From contig OZ076413.1 of assembly GCA_964187785.1 (NCBI GenBank), positions 47,246,001-47,310,000 on the forward strand: DNA of 64,000 nucleotides, read 5' to 3'. Position 1 is the first letter of the stretch, and every line of letters begins with the position of its first letter. Made by a program: the position numbers and the translations under genes. Below the pieces are notes generated by a model. The model was not told the origin of the DNA and did not search any database. It saw only the letters and a program-made list of their open reading frames with translations. This stretch comes from Amphiscolops sp. MND2022. Taxonomy: Eukaryota. Positions 8,901 to 18,815 of the stretch are shown here, piece after piece.

Positions 8901-11270
8901 GTTTTTTATGAGCTGTTCCGTTGTGTTTGCGGCAATGCCAATGTCATCTACGTATTGTGCACATTGGTCGGCTTTGATGACTGAGTCCAGATACTCACGC
9001 ATGAAGCTCGAAAAAGTTGATAGGGCTCTGCTTAGTCCTTGTGCCAGGCGACGGTAGGCGAACGTCCTACTAGCAAAATTAAAAGCAAGTAACTCTACTG
9101 ACCTTTGGTCTGCCATTTGAAGGCAGTGATACGCCTGGGAGCAGTCAAGCTTGCAGAATAGTTTTTTCCCTGCTAGGTGTTGTGCCGCATCTGAGAGGGT
9201 GCTGACAGGGTGGTTGTTGTTGATGTAGTCATCAGCAATGAGGGCGTTGATTTTTCGTAGATCCACCAGTAGTCTCAGTTTGCCGTTGGGTTTCCGTTGC
9301 GCAAAGATAGGGCTCGCGTACTTTGAGAAAGGAAGCGTCGTGATGATTCCGTAACGGTGCATCAGTGCCAGTTCCACTGTTAGGTCTTCTTTGAGGTTGA
9401 TCGGGACAGGTAAGCTCTGTGTGTAGACTGGTTTGTCGTCCTGTGGTGTTAGGCTGACTTTGAACTGTGTATTCATCCCGATATCTAGTCGGTGTCGAGC
9501 AAAGATGTCATTGAATTCAACAATGGTGTCCTCAAGGTTTTCACGGTCTTTGCCCGCAATTAGTGAGTCTGTCCATTTGAACATTGATAGAAATTTGTTG
9601 CGAGAGTCTTCGTTTTCGGTTGGGTCAAGTTTTTCTAGTTCGGCAAGGTCCCGCAGTTCTTTCAGGATTCGCTTTTGTATGGGCGAATGTTCTTGTTCGT
9701 TGCCTGGGTGTTCTGGGGTCGGAAACCAGTATTTTTCTTCATTGTCTTCTGGCCGTTCTACTTGCATTAGTGCGTTGATGTACGTGACCACATCGTCATG
9801 GTCATTGAGGAGATTCAGGGCGGCAATGTCAACTGGACGGATCATCTTCGTTTCTTCGGGTTTCAGGATTTGCAGTTCGGCCATTTTGGTGTCGTTGGCT
9901 ATTGTGTATGGAAAATCCGTGGTGTTGGCGATTTTAATTGGGAGCTTTTTATCTCTGGCTGTTGTAATCGCTGGGGCTACTATTACTTTCGCGCATTCAT
10001 CGAATTGTGGTAGGGGTTGTATTGTACCCGTTATTGAGTGTTCGGTACTCACAGGGATTGTTGCGTATATGATTCGGGTAGAGTGTGCTGGAATTGTGTG
10101 TTTGGCTTCGGTCTTTATCGTGATGGGTTTGGGATTGCACTTTTGTCTTTCGTCTGTGAGCGCCATCGTGATTTGGATCTTGGGAAAGTTGATGGTTCCC
10201 TGTGCCGTGTCAAGGATTGCGGCATGCTTTCGTAGAAACGCTAATCCAATTATGGGGAATGACGTTTGATTCATGATGATGAATGTTTCTTCAAAAGTGT
10301 AATCCCCTATTTTGAAGCGTAGAGTGTACGTGGCAAGTGGTTGTTCTAGTTCGGCATTGGCGTATTGCACTTTGAAAGGGGGTGGAGGTGCTTTGTTAAC
10401 AATGCATTGACTCGCATTTTGGTGGAGTTTTTCAGCATCCCTTTCGCTAATAGCATTAATGTACGCACCTGAGTCGACTAAGGCTTCGATTTTGACAGTG
10501 TTGAATTCGATTGGTAAGAAGAGCATTCTCTTTTTCTTCTTGAGGGCAATTGCAGACATTAACGGGATGTAGTCGTCTTCCTTGTCGTGCTGGATGAATT
10601 CTTTGATGACATCTAGATCTTCTGGTAGTGTTGGGTGACATTCCGTTATTTCTTCGTCTTCAGCGGCTATTGCTGTGGCTGGCGCGGTTTGTGGTGATGA
10701 CGAGAGCGAAGCGGTGTTTTCTCGCTGTTCTCTTGCTTGTCGTGACCATATTGTTTTGTCTTCAATGCATATGATGTTTTCGGCATCGATCGGTGTGGAC
10801 GTGATGGTGACGGGTGCTGTTGGGGACGGTGTTGTTCTTTTCAGGATCGGTGACGGCGGTGATGGTAGGTTTGTGATCTTCGTAGCTTGAGCTTGAGGGT
10901 TTGAGACTTGGATTTTGAAGGATAGTTTATTTGTATCATAGATGGTTGGTTCATCCCAAGGGTCACATCTGTAGTCTCTGTCATATATATAAATTCGGTC
11001 TGTTTTTGATTCCGGCAACGGTCTTTTGAGTGTCGCATAGTTATCGGGCGATTCTGTTATCCACTGGGGTAGTGGCGTTGGATCTTCTGGGTGTCTGGCG
11101 TTATGCCTGAGTATCATGCCTACGTTCCAACGGCGTTGCCAGTCTTGAGTTGGTTCTTCATTACATTCGGTTAAAAAATCTTCTTCATACCTGTTTGGGG
11201 GGTCCTCTATCGTGTACGCCCTCGCGTCTACTTTTTCCCCGAATCGTAGGCGCGGCGACTTTAGTTTTTT
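5979..11270 (-). CDS. pol: Pol polyprotein (aspartic protease, RT, RNase H, integrase with GPY/F), entered by -1 frameshift from gag
   Basis: ALVDSGA, YVDD, TDAS, HGKTNKH...CQDC, DILP/TDKGSQF/ILE and WTGPY motifs. The frame is open from the slippery site at 11270 through ATG 11117 to TAA 5979. Confidence 0.97.
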   Translation of the reverse strand, partial: KKLKSPRLRFGEKVDARAYTIEDPPNRYEEDFLTECNEEPTQDWQRRWNVGMILRHNARHPEDPTPLPQWITESPDNYATLKRPLPESKTDRIYIYDRDYRCDPWDEPTIYDTNKLSFKIQVSNPQAQATKITNLPSPPSPILKRTTPSPTAPVTITSTPIDAENIICIEDKTIWSRQAREQRENTASLSSSPQTAPATAIAAEDEEITECHPTLPEDLDVIKEFIQHDKEDDYIPLMSAIALKKKKRMLFLPIEFNTVKIEALVDSGAYINAISERDAEKLHQNASQCIVNKAPPPPFKVQYANAELEQPLATYTLRFKIGDYTFEETFIIMNQTSFPIIGLAFLRKHAAILDTAQGTINFPKIQITMALTDERQKCNPKPITIKTEAKHTIPAHSTRIIYATIPVSTEHSITGTIQPLPQFDECAKVIVAPAITTARDKKLPIKIANTTDFPYTIANDTKMAELQILKPEETKMIRPVDIAALNLLNDHDDVVTYINALMQVERPEDNEEKYWFPTPEHPGNEQEHSPIQKRILKELRDLAELEKLDPTENEDSRNKFLSMFKWTDSLIAGKDRENLEDTIVEFNDIFARHRLDIGMNTQFKVSLTPQDDKPVYTQSLPVPINLKEDLTVELALMHRYGIITTLPFSKYASPIFAQRKPNGKLRLLVDLRKINALIADDYINNNHPVSTLSDAAQHLAGKKLFCKLDCSQAYHCLQMADQRSVELLAFNFASRTFAYRRLAQGLSRALSTFSSFMREYLDSVIKADQCAQYVDDIGIAANTTEQLIKNIRAVFKCIRKARLKLTIEKCHFGVTQIEFLGRTITPDGVAPQDQKVKNFLSKVRFPKSKKQVQKYIGFVNYYRNYIPRLSEKLIGMYELLKADSKIRISEELVDNFKEINASLAEACGLALRQPIAGKQYVLMTDASFRASGYALMIEENDERKRLSKRKTFAPVAFGSRVFSPAQLKMSIYCKEFLAIYHAFLEYSHILWETTIPTLVLTDNRSVTRFFQTKTTPPALWNACDYVLQFKFRIMHVAGSQNTAADFLSRLELTPKEKVQLKLRDDILTSPIEVNLQSSDVADEEQLFFLPDEEDESEQEIFARKALSKRRALDKHERELSTKVTEVIKIPLNSAVYSFGAIKENARIRNEQDADPLLKALKQRISHEEYDKHLLKTEPRGRNLLRHEERIIMKDGVLMRKYYGEDGSVTHNQIIIPKHLVPELLATLHGKTNKHPGITKMIQECRAKYYFPGLARKIRAWVTICQDCIANKRIDTRQIRPKMLSNTEFTMGPEDCLEVDILPNLPSSNGYQHIITMMDVFSRYLFAYPTQDMTAKTVARCIIDVMTRHCYLPTVILTDKGSQFRSEVVNQIRQTLDIRISHASTKHAQTIGILEKTHASLKTSLKISTGERRSMWHKYVQIAVMNYNTSYHESLGCEPTTVFHGRIPYNILDIKLGLKPEWKKANNEELTDQLQKQISEIHQAAKENLMQSYLKYKQYYDKKATATPLKVNDYCYVLNPKADNQSMKFAFKDCIWTGPYIVVKVLSNNNYVVRRTGTRYTQTLHRIRLRLYAPNQRVPDVTVRREDYLPDPEVKTTHNDWYAQAWETEFGEVLFGNNTENAAKEATLTEIEDITGNDEITTENDVVKTTTRESIVENDVVKTTTDEPTTENDVAQTATNENTAEDKTPSDNITSFDLDVSDNPYILTPPPIHSPPKTPELPPIVVGYNPRKVGRYNFRPNPKPNVNPDFRMLDSVTTEDSRPT
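6251..6350 (-). repeat. 42-nt (14-aa) coding repeat x3 in the integrase C-terminal tail
   Basis: CCAC(G/A)TC(G/A)TTTTCC at 6251, 6293 and 6335; peptide ENDVVKTT/ENDVAQTA. Confidence 0.85.
11205..11270 (-). promoter_or_regulatory. programmed -1 ribosomal frameshift signal
   Basis: A_AAA_AAC heptamer (11270-11264) directly before the gag TAA, followed by the stem CGCGCCTAC...GTAGACGCG. The -1 frame is the pol frame. Confidence 0.85.
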
Positions 11271-12656
11271 GGCTGAGAGGACGTGGTAGGTACAGGTTGT
11301 TCACTGATTTTGTTGGTTGGGATGGTGAATTCTCGTTTCTTCTTTCTGGGGTCATTTACTGCGTTGGCTCCGTTCCAACAATTCTCAGTTTTGTGCATCT
11401 TGCCACATGTATCACACTTGGGTTTGGGTACTTCGTTTTGGGCTGGGTCTTTTGTGTTTGTTTTGGCTGTATTGTAACGTTCTCGTTGAAGTTTGCGACA
11501 CTGTGCTTTGTAGTGGCCATATTTGCCACAGTGAAAACAATGGCCTCGTTGTTGTTGGTCTTTTGTATGGTCCGTCACTACAGCGTCCACTGTGTTGAGT
11601 GGGACTAGGATTGTTTCATCGGGCGCACCTAGTCCGTTTAATCTCATCTCCCTCTCAAGATGTAAAACTATGTCATTGTAGGGTTTATCTTCCAAATATG
11701 CTCTGTTGAGGATCTTTTTGACGTGATCCGGCATTTTGGCGTAGATTGCTTTATCAATGAATTTTTGTGCTTCTGAGCCGAATGCTTCTTTTGCAGTTTT
11801 TTGCAGGGTGTCAAGGAACTCATGGAGTTTCTGTTTAGTGGGGTCAAAATGCAGGGCGTCCCACTCACATCTCGCTTTAGCGGATGATTGGAAATCACCA
11901 AAGCGGCGTTTAAATGCCGTTATGACTTCTTCTAGGTTGTCTTTTTTGGTGTCATCTAGATTACAATATGCTTGTAGTGCGTTTCCTCGTAGGAGTGAAT
12001 GGAAGTAGTTGATCTTTTGTATCTCGGTTAGGTGAGGATACATTTTGATATTGTTTCGGAATAGGTCCTCAAAAAGTTCAAACTTTTCGGACTTACCATC
12101 GAAAACTGGGAGCGAAGCAGTGAGTGCTTTCGGCATCGGAAGTAGATTGGTTGATGGGAATGTCTGTGGTTGTGGTGCGAACAGTATCTTTGACGTGGAT
12201 GGTCGGTCTTTTGGTTGTTCGCTGAGTATACGTTGTGCTTTTGGTCTTTTGGTGGGTTGGTTAGTGGAATCATTGAGGACTCCTGTCACCATGTTACGAC
12301 TATTTATCGGTGTTGTTTTAGAGTTAGTCGTATTGTGAATCTTGACGGGAGTAGACGTTCTTGCTACGGAAACGTTCTCTGTTTCGGAGTCAGAATCTTG
12401 AGCATTAATGGGAACATTTTGTTTCTTGTTTAAAGGTGCTATCAGCTTGAGCATTTCCTTTTGGTTTTCTGCAAGTATTTTAGTTAGATCAGACATAATT
12501 TCCCTTCTTAGTGACGTTTTTATTTCAGCCAAGTTCTCTGATTCTATTGTAGAAATTTTGCTGGAACTAGCTACAAGAGTTTTCGGTTACAGAGGTTTCG
12601 AAATCACCAGAGACCAACTCGGCTACTGCTTTCCTTTTCTGGCTTCTAGTTGTCAT
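11261..12656 (-). CDS. gag: Gag (capsid-like domain plus two zinc knuckles); apparent frameshift at ~12578 after MTTRSQKRKAVAELVSGDFETSVTEN
   Basis: LPVFDGK motif, CFHCGKYGHYKAQC and CDTCGKMHKTENC. The ORF-track start (12532) is a TTG; a plausible ATG at 12656 is one base out of frame. Confidence 0.9.
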
Positions 12657-14222
12657 TTTGATCGAGAGAGAGAGAGAAAGTATCTTTGGAAAAGTTGAAT
12701 TCTTCAAAGATTTAAGTTTTCTTTTGGATACGTTATAGTAACGGAACAGAACTAATTGTTACAAGGCAAGTCAAAAAACTGTAACTTTACATGTATGTAT
12801 TACATATTTATACCTTCTCAGCATCATTTGTTCCTCACCTAAAAATTCCTAGGTATCACAAAAATCAGGTTTGTTCAACAAAAAGCGCTAATGATTCATA
12901 TCATTTCAGTCCCGCGTCGTAAAATCAGGCATCAAAATTCCTAGTTGCGTCAGCGTTCCGTAAAATTTGTTGAAATCATTTTTGTTCAGGCAATCCCATT
13001 TCCTGTTTAAGTCTCAAAATTGCGGTAAAACAAAAGTCTAGCTTGCATTTTCATCAGCGTAGGCACGCCGGCATGAACAATTAGTCAACTTTCAATTTGG
13101 GAAGCTGAGGTTCGAAGCAACAGAATGTCACTCAAAAATGGCGACGGAATGACGACGGAATGAATCAATTTGGAAGCGGAGGAAAAACATGGAATTTTGG
13201 TATAAAGGAACAAACGATGCTGAAATTATAATCTCAAATTCAAACATATGAATTACCTGCTAATGGTATGCTATATCGTTTACATTGAACACAAATTAAG
13301 TCCGAACGGGACTTTAACGAGATACAACAAAGGTGAGCGCAACATATTCGTAATAATAAACGGAAAGCAACTTCAACACTTTGCACAATAATCATGAAAT
13401 TTATCAAAACATAATCGAAGTCTGGTCACTAGACCGGATGTTTATTATCATAAAATACAACTGTCACTACTGACTTGAAGCCGATGAATTGACGTTGACC
13501 TTACGTCCTATGTTAGGATTATTATTAAGATATTTTAAGTGCTGTAGTAAATTAAGTAGATTTGTTCCCTTAAGGGGGAACTAAGTAAGGCGTAATGTCA
13601 ACGTGTTTTAGTGATTTACCATGATGATACAAATCCAGAACATAAAATTACCATTGCAATTTTCTATCATTCTTCCTTACAGTACAGTTTCCCTTATGTA
13701 AAATCATAACTCTTAAATCTTCCAAAAGCATCGATTTGAAAGGCTTCTTTTGGATTTCGTTTGAAGCAGTGTTACTCATTTGCGTTTTACTATTCGCTCC
13801 GTAGGTGCTACGTATTAAGATTATCTATAGCTGAACAGCGGAATACAATTTTACAATCCGCTCCGTAAGTGTTCCGTACGTATTGAGATTGCTTATGGCT
13901 GAGCAGCAGTAGCAAGCGGAGTGGAAACGGAGAGCGTAGGCGGTTCTATTCTCTTCTCTTAGCTAGCAAGCGTTGTTAGGGGCAACCAAGCTTAATCCAA
14001 CTAATACCGGCACAGATAATTCTGCCAACAAACGACGCTATTGGTCCGTAAAAATAGAAACGCCCGTCACCAACTTAGTTGAGTGACGCTGTCATAACGT
14101 TGTAAACATTTACTTAAAACCACTTGGATGCGGTATTAAGTGGATATTTAACAACTACTTTAATATTGGAATACATTTCCACCATATTTTTGTATGTTCT
14201 TTCATTTTAGATTGTATGGACT

Positions 14223-14619
14223 CCGTTGGGATCTCGGAGTTGAATATTGTTTTGAATGTTTTTCATTTCAGTGTGAAGCAGGAAAAATGATCCCATTTGC
14301 AAGATTATTTAGTATTTAGATTGGAATGGAAAACTCAGAAGATGAAACCGGAAATAAAACGGCGTTGCGTGTGAAAACATTAGACCGGAAGTTTTAGCTA
14401 GTTTAAAGTCATTTCTGAAAATATTCCGTAACGCTTACGTTAGATTCTGTATTCGGAAAATTATCTGCAATCAATTTAGCTGTACTGTAAGTAGAATTTT
14501 AGATTAGTTTAAGATTAAATTAGTTTAGTAAAGTTTACCTCGGCCTTGTCCTCGGCCTCTTCCAAAGCCGGGTATGCCGCTACAGCAATAGAAATTACGA
14601 CCGGGAGCGGGTCGTGACA
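14223..14619 (-). repeat. 5' LTR (minimum extent; inner boundary unresolved, candidates TGTTAGGA at 13511 or TGTCATAA at 14090)
   Basis: Direct repeat of 1-397, with terminal TG on the minus strand at 14619. Confidence 0.93.
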
Positions 14620-16910
14620 CAGAGTTCAAAGACAAAAGATTTGCGTACTAAGCTACTATCGGATGGACAAGTTCTACGTTTTTTGTTTTTCAAATGCCAC
14701 AAAATGCCCTGTGAAACTAACAAGTTATCGAAAATTTTGCTTACTTTTTTTGAAGAATCAGAACGTTTTTGCTCGACAATTGCGTCAAATGAACCAATCC
14801 AGAGATGTCCATTTTAGACATTTTAAACCATTTATTTACAAAATACAAACACTTTTACTCTTGTTTTGTTTAATATTAGTCTCTTTCCTGAGTGAACCAT
14901 CGTTGAATTGATTTGAAAAAAGCTGATGTTCGAAATTGCTTTTTTGCAGCATTTTGATCTGAAGTTGCTTGTTATGTAATTTCTTTTTGGAGTGGAAGAT
15001 CGTTTTGTTCCACAATTTTGAACGTAGTGTCTTTAGGCAATTATGGTAAAAGTTAAAATTTTGGGGTTTTGTTTCCGCAACATCCTACGAAAATTTTCCA
15101 CCAGGGCTGAAATACCAATATTTTTACAAAAATTTTTTTCTTCCGGTACTATTACGTAGTGTTTTTCAGCTGCGCTAAAAATTTTTTAGCAATCTGTTCA
15201 GATGGGAATAATGAATTCTCGCAAATGTTTTTAAAAAGTGACTTTTTTCAGGATATTTTCTGTGGAAACGAGAGGAACTATCAAAACAAAACAAGAAACT
15301 CAGCTATTTAGATTTTCTACGTTTAATCAATCAGTTTCACAAACTATTGTAGCAAAAAAAACACCGCAGGTCTTCTTGATGAAAATGATGAAACCATTAT
15401 CTTGCTAGTTAATTTTCTTGGCGACAACAAGATTGATGCGCATTGAAACTCAGTAATTATCTAAAACATTTTATGAAGAGGCGTTGCTAATGGCTTATCT
15501 TACGTTTTTAGTACGAAGACAGGCTTGATAAAACGTGGTTGCCGTTAAATCGTATTTCTATTGTCGGGATGTGACGTTAATAATGACATGAGATTCTCAT
15601 GAAAAAATGCAAAAAGGAAATTAACTTGATTTATTTTGAAATCAGTCTTTTGTAAAACCCGGTTGCGGTTTCTTTGTATTGAATTTCGCGTAACAAGACT
15701 TGAAGAGAAAGGAAGAAACTATGGAAAATGGCTTCAAGGTGAATCAATGATATCTTATACTTGTTTGTCTGCAATGGGTTTGAAGAGAGCTTCAAAATAA
15801 TCATTTCCTGTGAGAGACCATGCTAGCATCCGCTTTATAAAGCACTGTACATTTTATTACCTCTAAAAACTGTGAACCATATAAATTAGAGATTCATGAA
15901 AGGTAAGTTGGTTTAGTTTTGCTCTGTTTTATTTCCTTTTTTGTCACTACATATTTAAAGTAATGGCATAAAAACTGGGAACTTTTTCTCTCCAAGAGCT
16001 CACTTTACTGTATATGATTTTTTGGATGAAATGCTACAAATCTCCTACTCGGGGTCTGGAAAATAAATTTAACAAAAGTGAAAAGTGGATAAACCTGGTC
16101 AAAAAGGAAGTGGGTCTTTGTATAATACATAAAAGTTGTGGTTTTTTGACTTTTCAAGTTTACTCTGCAGCTTTCTTAATTGCGATGGCAAACAGTTATC
16201 TGGTAGATCACTTTACTAAGTTAGCTAACGATTAAAAATGTGCGCAAATCGACGCCAGTTGTATAAAGTTTGAAAAAAGTGAGATTGTAAAATCAAAACT
16301 AGGGAAATATAACAAAACATGGGGCGCATTATGACAGAGCAATTCAACGATTCCGCAACATCTCTGCATTAGATTCTGCAGCATAATAGATCAGCTAGGC
16401 GTTTATAGAGTTTCAATGTTTCACAAGGAGGAACGATTCAACTCGGGGGTCCACTCAACTCTCGAAAAGCGAAAATCGATTAGCCGTCACTGAAATTTTA
16501 AAAGAATCAAACATCTGCACAGTGCTAAAAAATCTCGAAGGTTCGAGTCTCGCACCTACCGCTCGGTTTGGTGAAACAAGTTTACTACATCATTGATTGG
16601 TTAATAGTAACCTCCAAACTGCCCAAAATCGATGGTCTAAATTTGTTGAAAACAAGCCACAAACTGGATAAGTGGACAGATCAGTTTTCAAAAACTTGGC
16701 CCTCTTGAGATCTTCGATGACTTTCAGTGGGGTGAAATTTAAAAGTAGTCGACAATAAACGTTCTAATAGTTGATCTATGTTTCGGACTAAAATTCACTG
16801 ACTTAAATTTGAAACAAAAGACGCAATGGCACTGGGATTTTTTTGTATACTGTTACAAAACACCTGCTGGAAAAAATAGGACACACGCCTCATTTGTTTG
16901 AAAAAGCAAC

Positions 16911-18815
16911 GGATTATCTCAACTGAAGTGCCTCTATAGATCTGAAAACGAGAGGTGGAAATTTCGTCGTGAAAAATTTCGTCGTAGAAGCAAATCTTGA
17001 AAATTCGTAGTCAGAAATATAGTCGTCTGAAATTTCGTCGTATTGATTTAAATTAGAAGCCTTCACCAAGATCTGATTCCAATTATTATTGTTTAATGAG
17101 CGAAAGTTCGTAATTATACTTTCGTACGCCGAGTTACTGAGATGAAGCGAATGACAGTTAATTATTCGTACGCCGAGAGCTTCGCCGGCATTCAAATGCG
17201 AATGCGAAACTTCAACGTCATCTACGCTTAGTAGTTAAATTTAATTTAGTGCAAGAAAAAATATAGGCGGTGTAATCTGGTACAGTGGTTAATTATGTGC
17301 TAAATCGAATAAACAGGAGTGTAATTGTATTGCAGATATGATTTTATTATTAATGGAAGATTAAAGCAGAAACAATGCCGGAGGGGCCTATTTTTATTCG
17401 GCGTTTTCGAAGAAAATCCCGACTCTTACAGTGGCTAGTTTTTTTTCCGTCAGTTCAACGCGTAACGTCCACTTTTTGTGCATTATAATGCACATTTACC
17501 AACTTTTACCATATGTACTTAATACTTCATTTTCAACGCATCCAAAGCGTCTAACATGAGAAAAAGCGTCTCCCTTTTTACAATTTCGGCACTATGCGAC
17601 TTACCGGAAACTTCGAAAAAAAATTCAAAATATATCGGAATTTTTTTTCTCAATTTTTAGTTTTTTGAGAGCTTTTGTTGTCTCCAGTTGTAGAAAAAGT
17701 GGTTTTCGAGTGTTTTTGAGCCTTAGATATGGCGCCGACGTGGGCCGTTCCCGGCTTGTTCAATCATTTAATTACTAAAACAAGATCTAGAGAACAAGTT
17801 TGATTTTGACACCAAAATTGAGTAAAAAAACTATTTGCATTCAGATGAGAGAAGAGTTTGCATGTTTCTTCTCTGATTACGTCATCAACGGCTTTTTTCA
17901 GAGGAAAATGTGAAGTTTTAGATTATCAATCATGGCAAGTGAGTCTTAAAGTGAACCCACTATAAGACAATTACCGCCTATATTAGCATTGACTAGAACT
18001 CGAGCGATATCTGATAATAATTAGAGCACCTGAAAGGATGAAATTAACAACTTTCAGGTGTTCATCTGCTGCATTACTAACTGTTAATATGGTGATGCGG
18101 AAATCCGTGATTGAAACTTGTCCCGTATGTGGGTCCTATTGGGTTCCGGACGAATACCATCTGTTGTCAAACTCTAGGAGTGTACGCGTGAAACGCCAAC
18201 AACTTTCGCCAACTTTTTTCTTTTCTCACCCTATTTGAAAAGAGTATGACCAGCCGATGAATACGTCCATTGGAACTCTTCTGATAAACATGTCAACATT
18301 TTTCCAATACAGTTTATATTGTTGTACCAGTTTTGATGAATGTTTGTAAGCTGCGATTTGTATGCTTTTGAGCAACAAAATTAACTTTTAGCTCCCTTTA
18401 TCTCTCTCCTCATTCAATCAACTCAATCCGTTCATCGCGCATCGTGATTTTTTCAGTCCTGGACTGTTTTACCAACCAATTTTCCAAAAATCTCTGTGAC
18501 AATGGAAATTTTCTACGAATAGTTAAAATTTGTTTGCGACACCTTTTTTCTCTCGAAACAATAGTAAAAATAGTCAATGATAGCATTTATTGCACAGTTA
18601 GCGATAATCAGTAAGATAAGTAGACGCAATGATAAAAGACGATTCTTAAGAGATCAACTAGAATGCGACATGCGACAGCGTTTTTTATAGAACGTAATTA
18701 CCGACTACGAAACTTCCCACGACGAAATTTCCGACGCTGAAATTTCTGTCGAGGAAAGCTTCGACGATGAAATTTCTGACGAGGAAAGCTTCGACGATGA
18801 AATTTCTCGTAATCC
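16911..18815. mobile_element. non-autonomous DNA transposon with inverted subterminal repeat arrays
   Basis: Ends GGATTA...TAATCC. GAAATTTCGTCG repeats at 16958-17041 and their complement CGACGA(T)GAAATTTC at 18700-18807. No TSD seen. Confidence 0.55.
17392..17760 (+). mobile_element. Helentron-associated (HINE/DINE-1-like) non-autonomous element
   Basis: Starts TTTTATTCGGCG...CCCGACT (hairpin), ends GGCGCCGAC-GTGGGCCGTTCCC-GGCTTGTT. Reverse complement of the copies at 29.9, 33.7, 36.3, 38.3 and 41.0 kb. Confidence 0.6.

Larger units (their letters stand above)
1..14619 (-). mobile_element. Ty3/Gypsy LTR retrotransposon carrying two accessory genes (left LTR truncated by window start)
   Basis: Direct repeats 1-397 and 14223-14619 both end ...TCGTGACA (TGTCACGA on minus). 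Between them are gag with CCHC knuckles and pol in PR-RT-RH-IN order, plus a PPT-like tract next to the left LTR. Confidence 0.97.

Noticed and set aside
6034..12698. + strand ORFs such as 9433-10269 and 11150-11608
   Set aside because: Antisense shadows of gag/pol with no recognisable motifs.
14170..14195. TTTCCACCA as a tRNA-Ala PBS
   Set aside because: Only the last ~7 nt resemble a tRNA end, and it is 6 nt from the nearest TGT.
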